The notes beneath the pieces are model-generated. The model searched no databases. It saw only the letters and a program-made list of their open reading frames with translations, and had not been told where the DNA came from. From Eledone cirrhosa (lineage: Eukaryota), in assembly GCA_964016885.1 (NCBI GenBank), contig OZ024746.1:13144001-13208000 (forward strand): 64,000 nt of DNA, read 5' to 3'. The position numbers were made by a program, and so were the translations under genes. Positions 12,518-26,544 of the stretch are shown here, piece by piece. Every line of letters begins with the position of its first letter. Positions within the stretch are counted from its first letter, which is position 1.

Positions 12518-12619
12518 TTGTAGAATGTTGTGTTCATCTTCACCAGTGTAACATTCTCTTCTTTCAGTTCATTTAGAACATTCATCTTTTCTGTGTTTCC
12601 TTTTATTATTTTCTTGGTG
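12518..12619 (-). CDS. Candidate 102-nt symmetric exon (TKKIIKGNTEKMNVLNELKEENVTLVKMNTTFY)
   Basis: atttcag acceptor, gtattt donor, open in phase 2, compatible with the candidate exon at 17888-17988; no homology evidence. Confidence 0.25.
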
Positions 12620-13322
12620 CTGAAATTGAAACCTCTTCTCATATATATTATTTACTATTATTGGTATAGCTTGTCACAGCTACATTGATTTATCAACATG
12701 TAGAGAATATAATTAAAACTCTTGATAAATGTTATCTTTCAGATTTGTTTATTGTGAACTGAACTGAGAATTTTCTGCAATGGTAAAACATTCAGATAAT
12801 TTGTTATGTATTTAAAGCATATTTTATTAAATGACTAGATATATGATGAAAATATGTATAACCTTTTTTTTAGTTTAGATAATATTTTCATATATAACCT
12901 TGAACAAATTGGTTTATATATTCTTTTTCTACTCTTAGTTTCATTTTCAGGTTAATTCCAGTTTATAGGGAAACCAGAGGCATGAAGTGTTCCAGATTGT
13001 GAGACAGTGTGCTGGAGAAAACCGAGATGTTGTTGGGGAAAAGTGTCAAAATAATATGGAGCTTTGTCTCTGACTCATGCTGAAAAGAAAGATGCATGGA
13101 AGAAATGGGAGATTGAGGGTTTGCCTGAGCAGACACAACTGGGAGACCAATCATAAAAGTTAACAACAGTATGATAGACAAAGCAATTAAGGATATGAAA
13201 GGCTGGGAAGGCAGTTGGATCATCTAGTATAGTTAGTGGGATACAAGCTAGTCTGGTGCATAATCAATCAGGTAGTACAAGATGGTGTCATACCAAATGA
13301 CTGGTGCAGTAGTATTATCATT

Positions 13323-14419
13323 CAGGTTTGCTCAGATCTTTGAGGACAAGTCTTTTAATAGCTTTAACTTTATTGTAATTTCTTCTGATTATTGTTTGTT
13401 GTCAAAGTTTACATAGAGCTGGAAACCTCTGATGGGGATTCTGCAACAGTAGCCAAACGTAAATTGTTTGCTAAGGGTCCTAATACCATCAGAACACCCA
13501 ACTTTGTATGAAAGGTGCAGAAATTATTGATAAGAACCCCAGAAAGTCAATTGGCACCATTGCTAAGGAGCTCAAACTTTCAAGGTAGATTATTGGAAGA
13601 ATTGTGGATGAAGACCTTCGCTACAAGACATGGGATGCAGAAGGGCCAATTCATGTCTGCAAAGACAAAAGATAATCTGTGCAAAGCTCTTGTAAAGCAA
13701 TTTGAAACATCAAGAGCCTGGAATGCTCTGGTTTTTATCTGATGAGAAAATCTTTGATCAGGACCAGAATGTCAACAGAAGGAATGACAGATGGTTAGGC
13801 AGAGACTCTAAAGATGATCCAACAGTCATGTGCACAAAGTTTCTAGCAACTGTGATGGTTCTGGGAATCGTGAGCAATGATGATGTCATGCCTTTTCTGT
13901 TCTTTCCTCAGGGCTAAAGTGTTGATGCTCCTGACTATAAGGAGGTGTTGGAAGAGATTCATGAGGCCTTGAGCAAAGGAAGACCGTACACCTACCAACA
14001 AGATTCTGTGCTATTTCATAAGACCAAGATGACCTAAGAATGGATGAGTTACAATATCCACGATCAGGTCACTACAAATGTATTGGCTTCCTAGCTCTCC
14101 AGACATGAATCGGTTGGACTACTATGTATGGGGCATAGTTGAGAGGGAAGTCAATCAATGCCCCCATAGCACTATAAAATCTCTGAAGGCTGCCATAATT
14201 AGCACAATGTCCAAAATAGATAAAAATCAATTGATTCAGGCATGTCAACATTTCAAACCTCGTATTGAAGCAATCATCAATGCTAACAGTGGATTCATTG
14301 AGTAGATGTGTTACGAAGAGTCTCAAGATTATTTGTGCTAATTTTTTCTCAAATAAAAATCTTCTAATGCGTCTTCTACTAAATTTATGCAAAAGCCCTC
14401 AAAGAACTGAGAAATCCTG
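13323..14419 (+). mobile_element. Second, older DD37D Tc1/mariner element (degenerate)
   Basis: Imperfect TIRs CAGGTTTGCTCAGATCTTTGAGG / CCTCAAAGAACTGAGAAATCCTG|TA; fragments LWFLSDEKIFDQDQ and WLPSSPDMNRLDYYVW. Confidence 0.85.
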
Positions 14420-15499
14420 TAAACTACTAACTACAAAGGCAAGGGAAACACACTAGAGAGAAGTAACTACAGCAGCGTCAAGTTAATAGACCAAAGTTAC
14501 TTGACAGGGTTATAGCACAACTAATTAGGGATAGAATTAAGCAAGATCAGATGCAGTTCAGCTTTATGCCTGGTAGAGATATCACTGGTGCTCTCTTCTT
14601 TATGAGACAACTACTGGAGAAGTATTTAGGTAATCTGGTGGGCATTTAGATGTAGATAAATGATTTGTGAGAGTAATACACACCATGTATAAAGAGGAAA
14701 CCAGCAAAGCAAGAGTTGGCAGTGTGTACAGTAAGGAATTTAGAGTACAGGTGGAGGTCTACTAGGGGTCATTACATGTGTCCTTTTGTTTATCATTGAT
14801 CTACTGGCCACAATGGAGGAGTTTATGGCTGACTGTTCATAGGAACTCTTATATGCAGGTGATTTAGTCCTTATAGCAAAATCTGCTATAAGGAAGAATT
14901 AGAGGGGAAATTCCAGACATAGAAGCAAAACCTAGAATTGAAAGGGTTTAAAATGAACTTAGCAGAGACTAAAGGCTTAGTAAGTAGAAAAAAAGACAGG
15001 ACTCTGATATCGTCAGGAAATGGTCTTCTTCAATATATAGAAATAAAAGGGGTAGAACTATAAAGTGTTGACAGAGTAATCTACGGAAGCACAAGAGATG
15101 TAGTGGGATTACAGACAGATTAACAGAAAAGGTAGATTTTTGTAAGTGGCAGATTTACAGCAGAAAAAGCACTGAGAGCACACATGAAATATATTTCCTC
15201 AATTGCTTACGAGGCTCTGTAGAAGTTGTTGATAACTTTTGCTACCTAAGTGACCTAATTAGCAGTGAAGAGGCTGCTTATAGATAGAACGCTGGAAGAA
15301 ATTTAAGGAATGACTACCTCTGCTGACAACAAAGGACTTCTCTCTCAGAGTGAAGGATTTGACTGTACGATGCTTGCATGTGAAATGTCATGCTACATGG
15401 CAGTGAGACATGGGCCTTGACTGCAGAAGATCTGCAAAGGCTAGGAAGAAATGAAGTAATGTATAATGTTAGTGTGCACGAACGAGGTAGCATAAATGA

Positions 15500-17123
15500 G
15501 TGGTAGAAATGCAAATTGCTTACCTTAGGGAGTCCTCTCAGTCTTCATTTCTATATCTAACTGTGCACCCGAAAATCACACCCAGTTCTGGCCAGAGATT
15601 AGATTTTTTTGTGGAGACTTGTGTAAAACGCAGCTTCCCAGCTCAATCACTGCCATGTGAAAGAGACTTTCTTATGGTCCTATTTACTGATGTGATATCA
15701 CTTCCCCACTTTCACATCTACTACACTTTACACCTCTCTGATCCACTACACTATACACCTCTCTGATTTAAAGATAACTTCACACACCCTTACTCCATAT
15801 CAAAGTCATCCATTCACTTTGGAGGCAGATATCACTCCCTGTGTCACCTTTGTATGGCTGTAGTGCTGATTTTGTCTTCTCATTATTCATTATTGTCCAA
15901 TAAGCCAACCCTGCAGACATCTAGGGCCAGATTATCTCTTTATTCAGCTACCAACTACATTAATATGGTTACAATCATCCTTCTTCCTAAGCCAGGCTAA
16001 ATCCTCCAGTTCAGCATCCCCATATTTCTAAAACGTACACTATTGCTATACTGCTACCATCATACTATAATTATCCCTTTTTTCCAATTTGGGTACATAA
16101 CTCCCTTCTACCCAGTTATCTACCTTCACTTTCTCCAAGATATCTTGTATTATGACACCCATCCTCTCTTCCACTTGGCTGTCTTGGCTTATTCCATCAG
16201 CTTACATCTTGACATAGCTGCATAGCTGCATGCTGTTCAAAGTCATCCAGCTTCCCACACATTAATAAAAGTTCTCACACATTACCTTGGGCTTTGGCTG
16301 TTTACAGTCCCTAATCATGTGTACATCATGACATCCCAAACATTGTCCCTTAAACGTTTGCATCTGCTCCCTCCCTGCTTTCTGTGTTCTTCATTGTCTG
16401 CTGTTTACTGCCTCGTTTTACTAGTCTCTGCCATTGCCACTGCCACAAAGTTATGCATGTTGTTCAGTGTCAACAATGGTCATTGTTTCGATGTCTGACA
16501 ACTTACCAGTCTATGATTGGGGAAGCCAGTCACAAACACCAACTTCACTTTCTCCCTCACTCCTCCAGAAAGCCTGTCTAACCCAGTTAGTTTCCTGATT
16601 TCATTCACATAAACATCTATCTGCTTTCCCATTTATTTTAGCCTTCGAAGCTTGCTATACACTATGAATCCTCTTTCTGTGAAAACTTCTTTTGACTTTC
16701 GATTTTTCCTGTGTCCAGCTGAGCAGACATGTACATCTCTAAATATAGATCTAACATGTACAAAACCATAAGACTCACCATGATAGTTATTCCCTACCTC
16801 CTGCTCACTACTATCTTCACCTTCTTTATTCAAGAACCCACATCACTGCTGAATCTTGTTTTTGTTTACATCGTTACAAGGCCAAATTAGCTTGTGGTAG
16901 AAATGCAAATCGCTTACCTTAAGGAATTCTCTTGTTCTTCATTTCTCTATCTAACTGCGCACCCAAGAATCACTGACCAGAGATTAGATTTTTTTGTAGA
17001 GACCCACGTATAAGACACAGTTTTCCAGCTTGGCTGCTACCACACGAAAGAAGCCCTCTGATGGTCCCTTTTGCTGATATGACATCACCACCTCTTTTCA
17101 CTTCTCGTGCAGAACCCACTACA
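15500..17123 (-). mobile_element. Short LTR retrotransposon relic with ~230-250 bp LTRs
   Basis: Direct repeats at ~15500-15750 and 16893-17123 (TGTGGTAG...CCACTACA); internal minus-strand gag-like knuckle FKGQCLGCHDVHMIRDC at ~16354-16304. Confidence 0.75.
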
Positions 17124-17887
17124 CTATGGGGAGCTGAGAGAAAAACTCAGTATAAGCAGAATTTGATGTGTGCAAGTAAGAAAACTGCACTCGGATGGAC
17201 ATGTGAGACATATGGAAGATGGCAGCTGTATAAAGAAGTGCAGAGAGATCTCAGTGGTCGGAACCTGTTGGAAGAGGTAGACCTAGGAATACATGGGATG
17301 AAGTAGTGAAAGCAGATATTAGGAAGTTGAACCTTGTGACAGAGATGACAAAGAACTATGATGATTGACAATATACAGAAGTGAAGAAGACCTGCCCATA
17401 AAAGCAAGCTGCCCCTCCATTTTTGTTATCCACTATTCCCCTCACCTAACACATCTTGTGCAGATATAACATAGTCTGTCCTGGCCCATACATACTCAGT
17501 TGAGTCAATGAACAACAATCTCCCCAGTGTTGGTGCCACAATAAAATGCACCCAGTACACTCTGTAAAATGGATGGCATTAGAAAGGGTATCAAGCCATA
17601 GAAACTATGCCAAAATGGAATGTATGAGCAAAACATGGTCATCTGACCTGTCTAGTCCCAGAAACTGACAAGCTATCCAACCCATGCCAATGTGGAAAAC
17701 GGATGTAAAATGATAATGATGATGATGATGATTGTTCAATTTTTAAAAAAATTATCTTTCCTTAAAGGAACCCATTTTTTACAATATATATGGGAATAAA
17801 CTTAGTCTATCAGCCATAAAAGACAATAAAGTAATAGCGGTATGTTTATACTATATAAAGCTGGTTTGCAATTTTAAAAATAAATAC

Positions 17888-17988
17888 TCTTTAATTCTTA
17901 GTCGTCTCCTGTTCTTCATGATCTTTATGTCTCTATATCTTTCACCCAACTCTTCTGTATGTTTATACCATTTCATATCATCATTCCC
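17888..17988 (-). CDS. Candidate 101-nt exon (GNDDMKWYKHTEELGERYRDIKIMKNRRRLRIK)
   Basis: Open only in phase 0; weak ctgtag acceptor, gtattt donor. Confidence 0.2.
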
Positions 17989-18611
17989 CTACAGTTTTGT
18001 AACTAGTTTTGATAAGAGTTTCAGGATATTTATATGTACATATTTTATAATCATAAAACCTCCCTCGACTGTTATATTATTATGAACTCTAGGCTTTGTG
18101 TGTTTTGATGGGCCTTGATACTATCAAGGATAAGATTATCCTTGATAAGAGGTGGAGTAAATATTATTTCCATAATTATAGGAATATATTCAAGAATTCC
18201 TTCTACTTGAATAGCTAACCAAAACTGAACTACTTTAAATTGAGTGTATATCTTATCTCCTTGTATTTCAGATAAACCAACTTCCTCCGCTTTTACTGCA
18301 ATACTAAGGCAGTAAATTGGCAGAGTTATTAAAGCATTGGATAAAATACTTTGAGCTTTTGGGTGCCAGATAGAATGCTCTGTGGTATTCATTCCAGCTC
18401 TCTTGATTTAAAAAAACAATTCCAAGCCAACTTTGCCTTTCATCCTTTGGGAGTCAATAAAGAAAATACTAGTCATACACTGAGGTCAGTTTCTTCTCCC
18501 AAGAAAAGCATGTTCAACTATACTTTTACTACCACACTGTAGACATAAAAAGAAAGAAAGCATTGCAATACTAAATAATCTCAAGTCAGTAATCACAGAC
18601 TTTTGTAATAT

Positions 18612-18720
18612 AAATAATTACTGAAATGTAACATAAATAATTACTGAAATGTAACATAAATAATTACTGAAATGTAACATAAATAATTACTGAAATGTAA
18701 CATAAATAATTACTGAAATA
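18612..18720. repeat. 23-bp tandem repeat, ~4.7 copies
   Basis: AAATAATTACTGAAATGTAACAT repeated. Confidence 0.95.
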
Positions 18721-19255
18721 TTTCCAACTTAAAAGGAATATATACTCTTTAAATATTTTTCTAGATGCAATATTTTTCCTAGTCTTTATCTCTTTGATTT
18801 TCTTTTAATTCAGAAAACTTATTTTACTATAATATTAATAAAGCAATTTTCTCTATTATTTTAATTGTCATTTAATTATATAGATATAGTGCCAAGAGTT
18901 TCCAAAGAATAGATCAAGGAAAAAGAGCACTCTATGTAATGTACAGAGCAAAAGTGTATTATATAAATAAATTCTTAACATAAATGTCTATGGCCTATGC
19001 TAGTTGGAGTTTGAAACCTTAGGTAGCATGCATTTGTGTTGAGAACTTATATATATGTATGTGTGTGCGTGTGCGTGTGTGTGTGAGGGAGTCTCAGGTT
19101 CAATCGGGGGTAACCACAGTAAGTAAGGTACTCAATACATTAATAGAGTGTATACAACAAATTTAATATAGAAATGACTTTTACAGGACTAGAACTGTTT
19201 CATTTGAAGGAAATGATCAGGAAAGTCTTTCACAGCTTTCCTGGTAATCAAAGTG

Positions 19256-19281
19256 TGTATACATTTTTGGGGAACACCCTG
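19256..19281 (-). mobile_element. Orphan Tc1/mariner-type TIR
   Basis: Reverse complement TA|CAGGGTGTTCCCCAAAAATGTATAC abutting a TA run; partner TIR not found. Confidence 0.45.
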
Positions 19282-21200
19282 TATATATATATATATGGTC
19301 CATGCTGGAAAACTAGAGTGAATATCATTAAATAGCTAACTCACTTCCTTGATGATTATGATGATGACTGAAGTGGAGATGGATGAGGGTGAAAAAGGAG
19401 ATGAGAAAGGAGAAAGAAGAGAAAAGATGATGAAAGAGGATGAGAAAGGAGAAAGAAGAGAAAAGATGATGTGGAAGGGGAAAGAAGACAAAAAATAATG
19501 AAAGAGGATGAGAAAGGAGAAAGAAGAGGAAAGGATGTGAAAGGAAATAAAGAGTAATATGATGAAATAATGGTGATTTGTATCCTTAAAATGAAAAGCT
19601 GAAGAAAAATAATTTATGTATTAGTCTCAAGCAAAAGGCAGAGAGAGAAACCAAGTCATATTCCATTTTAGGATTAAAATCTTCCTTTTAGTTTGATAAA
19701 ATTAATTAGTGACGACCATAGAAGACAAGGTATAGGATTGAAGACATTGTTATAGAATTAGGATTTTTGTAGGTAAGATAGAAAACATTGCTTGTGAATG
19801 CACTAAAGATATTTCTATAGTTTTATTCTCACATAATTAAGTACAATCTTAACTGAGATATGATTTAGTTATGAATGTCTTCATTCACAAATATGAAATG
19901 TATGAAAGCTTTTATGTCTAGAGAAATGGATTTGAAAGAATGCTTCAATAGATTATATTGGTCAATTATTGAAAATTTATCATAGGATGAGAATTTACAT
20001 GAAAGGATAAAAATTCCAAAAGCAATATATATATATATTTTTGTATGTAATATGATAAGAATTGGTATATATCTGATATTCAGGTGACATATTCTTGTCA
20101 ATAAAACTATATTCAGCAAACAATACCTTTTAAGTTCATAATTGATATAAAACCAGAATAAAACTTACACCATGGTGAAACAAAGACATTCTATTATTGT
20201 GTGAATGTATGAAAGTTCCCCCTTTGTATCTTACTTGCTATTTCTTTCCTCCCAAAACAGAAGACTTCAACTCCTCATAACTTCTATGACAGTCATTATA
20301 AATTAAGGATCCCCTAAAATATTTATGTTTCCTAATTTATTTACATTATTTTTCTTTTTGTTCATCCTACTGAGCATTATTTTTAGCATAAATAATTGTT
20401 TTACCCAGAAAATCTGTTTTCTTCTTGTAATTGGTAGATATAACAATATATCGTTGCTCTACATATTTCTATCTTGTGTATCACATGAAAATGTGAAATA
20501 TAGACAGTTACTTCATAAAAAAAAAAACACACACACAAAAAAAAGCAGCTTACCTGAACTCATCAACTGTAAAGTGTTTGTAATTAAAAGATGTTGCAGA
20601 AAACACAGCCCTTGTTCACAACAAAAATATGGTCAGGCTTACTTAGGTTAACTTTTAAATAATTACTTAAGGAGAGTAGTCTTCAGGTTTTTAAATTCAA
20701 TTTTCTTCTTCTTTTTTGCTTTTTGCTTTTTCTTTTTCTTCTTCTAGAGTTTCTGAAAAGTAGCTCTCCTACCAATAGATGTTATAGAAGAAGCATCTGG
20801 TGAAATGAAAACAATCTTGGCACTTCAGGCTAAACCGATAGATGGCATGCTATCAAATGTGTAGGAACTAATTATACAATTCCATAGCTGTTACACTGAA
20901 ACTTGTTTTCAGGAAGAAAATAATAACAGCTTCTATTTTCTAAGAATATTATAATAAACAATTTTGTTACTTCCTTTGTTTACCAAAGTATTTTAGACAC
21001 ATACAAAGTTTCATTCATATTTTTTTCTTTGTTTATCAATGTGTTTTAGACATATAGAAAGTTTTACTTAACGGTTTGATACAATGGAATTCTACAATTT
21101 ATATTTAAAAATAAAAACGGGCTATTAGTTTGTTCAGTAACTTTATACAACTCTTTAAAATCTCCATATAAAATATAGTCTTAAAGTTATAACATTAACT

Positions 21201-21452
21201 TTAATCCTTTCATTATCATATTTCTAATGAAAAACACTGCCTAGGGTTTTCAAATCTGTTTAAAAATGACTGAAAATTTGGAGAGATTTAGTAATGCAAC
21301 TAACTTCTTTATCAATCTGGTGTTTGGAACATAGATTAACAAAAAGTTGTTTATAAAGGAAGGTGCTTAGATAAATATAAATATTTTAAAACAAGCAGTT
21401 TTGTATTGTAAAACCAAGGGCAGTTTTAGGTGGTTTGGTATCAAATGGGTTT
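21201..21452 (-). mobile_element. MITE family C copy (TTAA/CCC..GGG-type ends)
   Basis: Reverse complement of 24131-24376 and 25241-25468 (GATACCAAACCACC, TGTTCCAAACACCAG, AATGAAAGG.TTAA). Confidence 0.65.
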
Positions 21453-21853
21453 ATTGTCATTCATAAGGATTTCTGTATCATAGACAATGATTTCTTTAAC
21501 AATGGGTTGGGAGAATGCCTCAGCTGAGTGAAGGGCATAACAACTTCTCTCAATAAGATTTGAAATCAGAATGTAACTGACTGGAAATAATTCTGCAAGG
21601 CATTTTGTTTGGCACTATAACGCTTCTGCCAATTCCTCACCTGAATATTTGGGCTTGTCCAAATTTCATTTATATTAATTGTTATGGAGTAAGAAACAAT
21701 TATTATGGTGTTGATGACTTTGGTAGACATATCTAAAAAGTTGACAAATGGTAATACCAAAGTAAATAGATTGAGAAGAGTATAAGATGAAAATTATGAG
21801 GAGTTACTAATGCATGACTAGACTTAGTTTTATGGACTATCACAAAATATTTG

Positions 21854-22048
21854 TATTTGTGAGTTATATATTGAATAATTATAATATTCGATTCATTTGC
21901 AATCAAACAGTCTCATTAAGATATGTTTTTAGATGACTATCGCCATCCTTTTGTTCTAGCGGTGACAGAGAGAAACAATCGACAATGAGGCTGTTTGCTT
22001 GCAAATGAATCAAATATTATTATTATTTGATATAAAACTCATGAATAC
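21854..22048. repeat. Fold-back inverted repeat / MITE-like element (~195 bp)
   Basis: ATAATATTCGATTCATTTGCAATCAAACAGTCTCATT versus AATGAGGCTGTTTGCTTGCAAATGAATCAAATATTAT. Confidence 0.8.
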
Positions 22049-24130
22049 ATTTACGTATCCACTATGTTAGAGCAAAAAAACAAATTCTAATTTTGTTTAT
22101 GCAAAATTGTTATATATTTAATCTTACCTTTTCTAGTCATAAATAAACTCACAAGTAAAACACTTAAAGTCAATACAAATGCTAGGCCTCACAATTTCTT
22201 CTGATCTTCCATACAATTTCACATGCATGATATAATCAGAACAATATCCCAACAACTATGATTCCTCTTCAAGGCCAGATTATACTTCAGGCCCTACTTG
22301 TTGATTATCTACAATCTTAAATAAGATCCATGTTGTAGTACTGCTCACATACCTACAATAGTGCTACTGCTATATATTCTAACATCATAGGCTCAACAGA
22401 GACCAGAACTTAACTGAAACTCTTCATCTTTTTTTACCTATGGAGATATATGTAGATATGATATGTTTACATACATACATATATATACATATATAAATGT
22501 GTGTGTTTACATACACATTTTTCACAGCTTTGGTTAAATCTTGTACTGGTGTGAGATGGTTGGATCATGTGTTGAGGTAAGATGAATGTGATTAGGTGAG
22601 AGGAGTGGTGGAAATGAATGTGAAAGGAAATAGAGGAAGGAGAAGACCTAGAAAGACGGTTAAAAATGGATGAAGCTTATCATGTGTGTGAGTGTGTGTG
22701 TGTGGGGGGGGGTCTGTCTGTCTGTGTGAGTGTGAGTCATAGTATGTCTCCACATCAACATAATTTAAAAAGTGATGACATTTGTTTATGTCCCTCATAA
22801 ACACTATGTCCTGCAGTTTAACAGTTCTACAAATGTCTGTGATATCTACCATACTTACAAATAACAAAGTATGAGTTGGTGTTAGGAAAGGCCTAAAAGA
22901 ATTCCTCCTCTAACTCACACCAGTATGATAAATATGTAAAAACGATGATGATGATGGTGGCAGTTTTATTCTGATTCTATAAGTATTTAGCTTTAACCCT
23001 AGCGTAAAAATCAAATTTGGAAGGCAGCAGGTATTGTTCCTAACATCAAAATAGTTGTCTTTACTAAACCATAGATTAAATTCCATGTGTTAAATTAGCC
23101 TTTTTATAATAAGTTGGAAATCATTTTATTTTTGGATTGAACAATTAATATGTATAGTTTTCATCTGGGTAGATACTAACTATCTTGCCTACCCACACAG
23201 CATGTCTCTTATGTCACTAATAAAGAGGTGAACATATTATGTTCAGGATCTCTTACGTACTTTAGAGTACAACTCTAGATAAATTAGAAGCAAAAGCATA
23301 GCAACATGTTTTTTTCTTGAAAGATATCCAGTTTCAGATGTTAGGGATAAGAAGTGTATGTAAGTAGATGCTTCAAATAGAAAAATGTAATAAGATATTG
23401 AAATATCTACAACAAATCAGTTTTTGAAGTATTTATATTTTTTATAGACTACTAACAATTTAATGGTATTTCTATCACCTATGCAAGATTAACTTCCAAA
23501 TAACAATTTCTAAATTAATTGTGAAACCCTAGGTAAAAGAAGTTAAGTATTTTGACCAAGGAGGTCATAAAAGAAGGTGAACTGTTCTAAGGGAAAAAAA
23601 TGATTAAGGAAAAATGTGGAACTACTAAAATAACATCAACAACAACAAACGCCACCACCACCACAACAACAACAACAACGACCACAGTGCCTACTTCTAA
23701 AATTATTCAATGTATACCTTCAGTCTCTGGCAAATTGAACTATCACATAAAGGAACCTTTTTTTCTTCTGTTGGGTAGATCATTATACTGGTTCAGTTTC
23801 ACACCACCTCTAGGATATATGGGGGTCTTTAGTGGAGTTCATGCCAAACTAAGTTCATTCAAACTAAACTCCTGACAGGAGATTATTATGGTCTAATGAT
23901 GCATGGACATGCATAGATCTGTAATTGTTTGACTGCAGTAGCAATTAGCCACAATCCTCTTCCACCCGCTACAGCTTTCATAAATATAGGTATACCATGG
24001 CACACAATTTCTGTATTCAACCTTAGGTACAGCCCTTTCCTTCAGACAAAACCATAAAAAAAATAAACTGTCTATATAACCCTCACTGACAACACCATCT
24101 GATTTACTAAATGAGAGACAACAATGAATG

Positions 24131-24376
24131 TTAACTCAGTTGATACCAAACCACCTGAAACCACTTTAGATTTATGATACTAAACTGCTCATTTTTAAAT
24201 GTTTATCTCTATATTAAAACCTTCCATTATAATTTTATTTTAGAATGTTTTCTTATGTAATGTTCTAAATATCAGCTTACAAATGAAAAACTTAAATATT
24301 TTATTGAATGATTCCAAATTAATTAAAACACATTGGCAATGTATGTCAAGAGAAATACAGTAATGAAAGGGTTAAT
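24131..24376 (+). mobile_element. MITE family C copy
   Basis: TTAACTCAGTTGATACCAAACCACCTGAAA ... AATGAAAGGGTTAA. Confidence 0.65.
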
Positions 24377-24599
24377 ACTTTCAAAATCAGTTATTACTGT
24401 GAAGATTGAAGTCTTTATATATTTCATTATCCCCTCTTTAGTGTTCTACTTTATCAAGGTAGGATTTATAAACATTTATAACTCGATGTAGTGTTCATGT
24501 GAATATCACATCAAAGCAAAGTGAAATTTGTTTTAGTGGAAAGATGATGTGTCGTCATCTATGCTTTTGAATATTCAAAACTATATTAAACACCCCCCT

Positions 24600-25072
<473 letters not shown>

Positions 25073-25240
25073 TGTTACTCAATAATATCTTCTCTATAAG
25101 CTTTGTAGTTGAACTAGTCTGTTGGTTTCATTGATGTTGAACAGTTTCAGGTGAACAACTTCAAGTTCATTAAAAACCTCATTTCCTATTCATTTCTATA
25201 CATGTACATCCATCTTGATCTTTCCCAATATGGCCATTAA

Positions 25241-25468
25241 CCATTTTGATACCAAACTGCCTGAAATTGCTTCTGGCTCAATGATACAAAATTATTGATT
25301 TTAAAGTGTTTATATATATTTATCTAGAAACCTTCCATCTTAATTTTATGTAAGAACATATTTTAAGTTATGTTCCAAACACCAGATTAACAATGAGAAA
25401 GTTATATTACTAAATCTTTCCAAATCTTTGATTGTTTGAAAATTATCAGAAATATTGTAATGAGAGGG
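25241..25468 (+). mobile_element. MITE family C copy with TTAA on both sides
   Basis: TTAA|CCATTTTGATACCAAAC ... AATGAGAGGG|TTAA. Confidence 0.7.
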
Positions 25469-25479
25469 TTAAAATCTAC

Positions 25480-26460
25480 TGAGATTGCAATATCCCTATA
25501 TATCTCATGGGTGATAGTGATTCTAAGGTGCTGGAATAACCAAACACCCTTGCAAACAACACCTGATATATTGGTAAAGCAAGCCACCAACAGTGACAAG
25601 AATCTTGTTGTCAGTGACCCAGCTCCCCCAAACCTTTCAAAAGTCACAGGCTGAAACAATAATTTGCTAAGTCCTGGTATTTCAGAATTTTATTCCATTT
25701 AACTAAGGATGTGGGGAGGAATAAAGGTGTCGCTAACTGTAGTGTCACAAATAAGATCTCTTACCCAGGAGTAAAGGGTAAGACCATCTGGTCTCTTCCA
25801 ATTAACCCTGGACAATCCAGCTGGGTCCAGAATTATGGGGATATTTATCCTAGCCTGGGCCTGCTTGGTAATTAGGCTCAGTATAACAAGTAAAGCAACC
25901 TTCATTCAAACAGTGAGACAATTCATAAAGACTCATGGAGTGAAGGAGCCTGCCACAATGACATTTAAACCACCCACAGACACCAGCTTCAACTCTGAAC
26001 ACAATAGAGATAGAGAGCTCATACAGACTGAGGCTACCAATGTTAACCATGTGCAAAGCATCAATCCAATCCCACAAGAATTTGGAACTTGCAGAAAGTA
26101 AACAGCATCTTCGATATTGATTAGATTAATCAAAGAGAGAGTTGAAAATGTCTCTTGAACGTATGTTGTCCCAGACTCTCTACTTTAATTTACCCTGCTC
26201 TGTAACAGGAGCTGACAAAGCCAGATCCTTCCACAGTAGTAGGGCTTCATCCACCTCCCTGCTGAGGCTAGTCGATGCTGGAAAGGAGAGGATGGTTCCT
26301 ATCAGAAAGGAGCAGGCATGGATGGAAGAAAAAAAGCAAGGAAGAGACAGAGACAAATATTTATGTGGACCTAGAGACCCAAATCGTTTGGGCAATGCAG
26401 CCAGGTCACATGCTTACCTCAAATATTATTAGAGAGGAACTCCTGCAGCACTTGTGGTAT
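25480..26460 (-). mobile_element. CRE-clade (restriction-like endonuclease) non-LTR retrotransposon 3' relic
   Basis: Frameshifted fragments CHCG..., KRPDGLTLYSW..DTTVSDT (PD..D RLE motif) and GVWLFQHLRITI. Confidence 0.75.
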
Positions 26461-26483
26461 GTGATTGAAGGTCTTCTCCCATT

Positions 26484-26544
<61 letters not shown>

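Larger units (their letters stand above)
12965..17735 (+). mobile_element. Degenerate RTE-clade LINE split by two nested insertions
   Basis: GVIPNDWCSSII | YKGKG..SNY, QFSFMPGR, ELLYA(D)DLV, MLHGSETW, GRPRNTWDEVVKAD motifs in order across 12965-13322, 14422-15499 and 17125-17400; (GAT)n tail near 17730. Confidence 0.85.

Noticed and set aside
19183-19226. Minus-strand CTGATCA..GAAAC hammerhead-like motif
   Set aside because: G8 is replaced by C and the stems are weak; not supportable as a ribozyme
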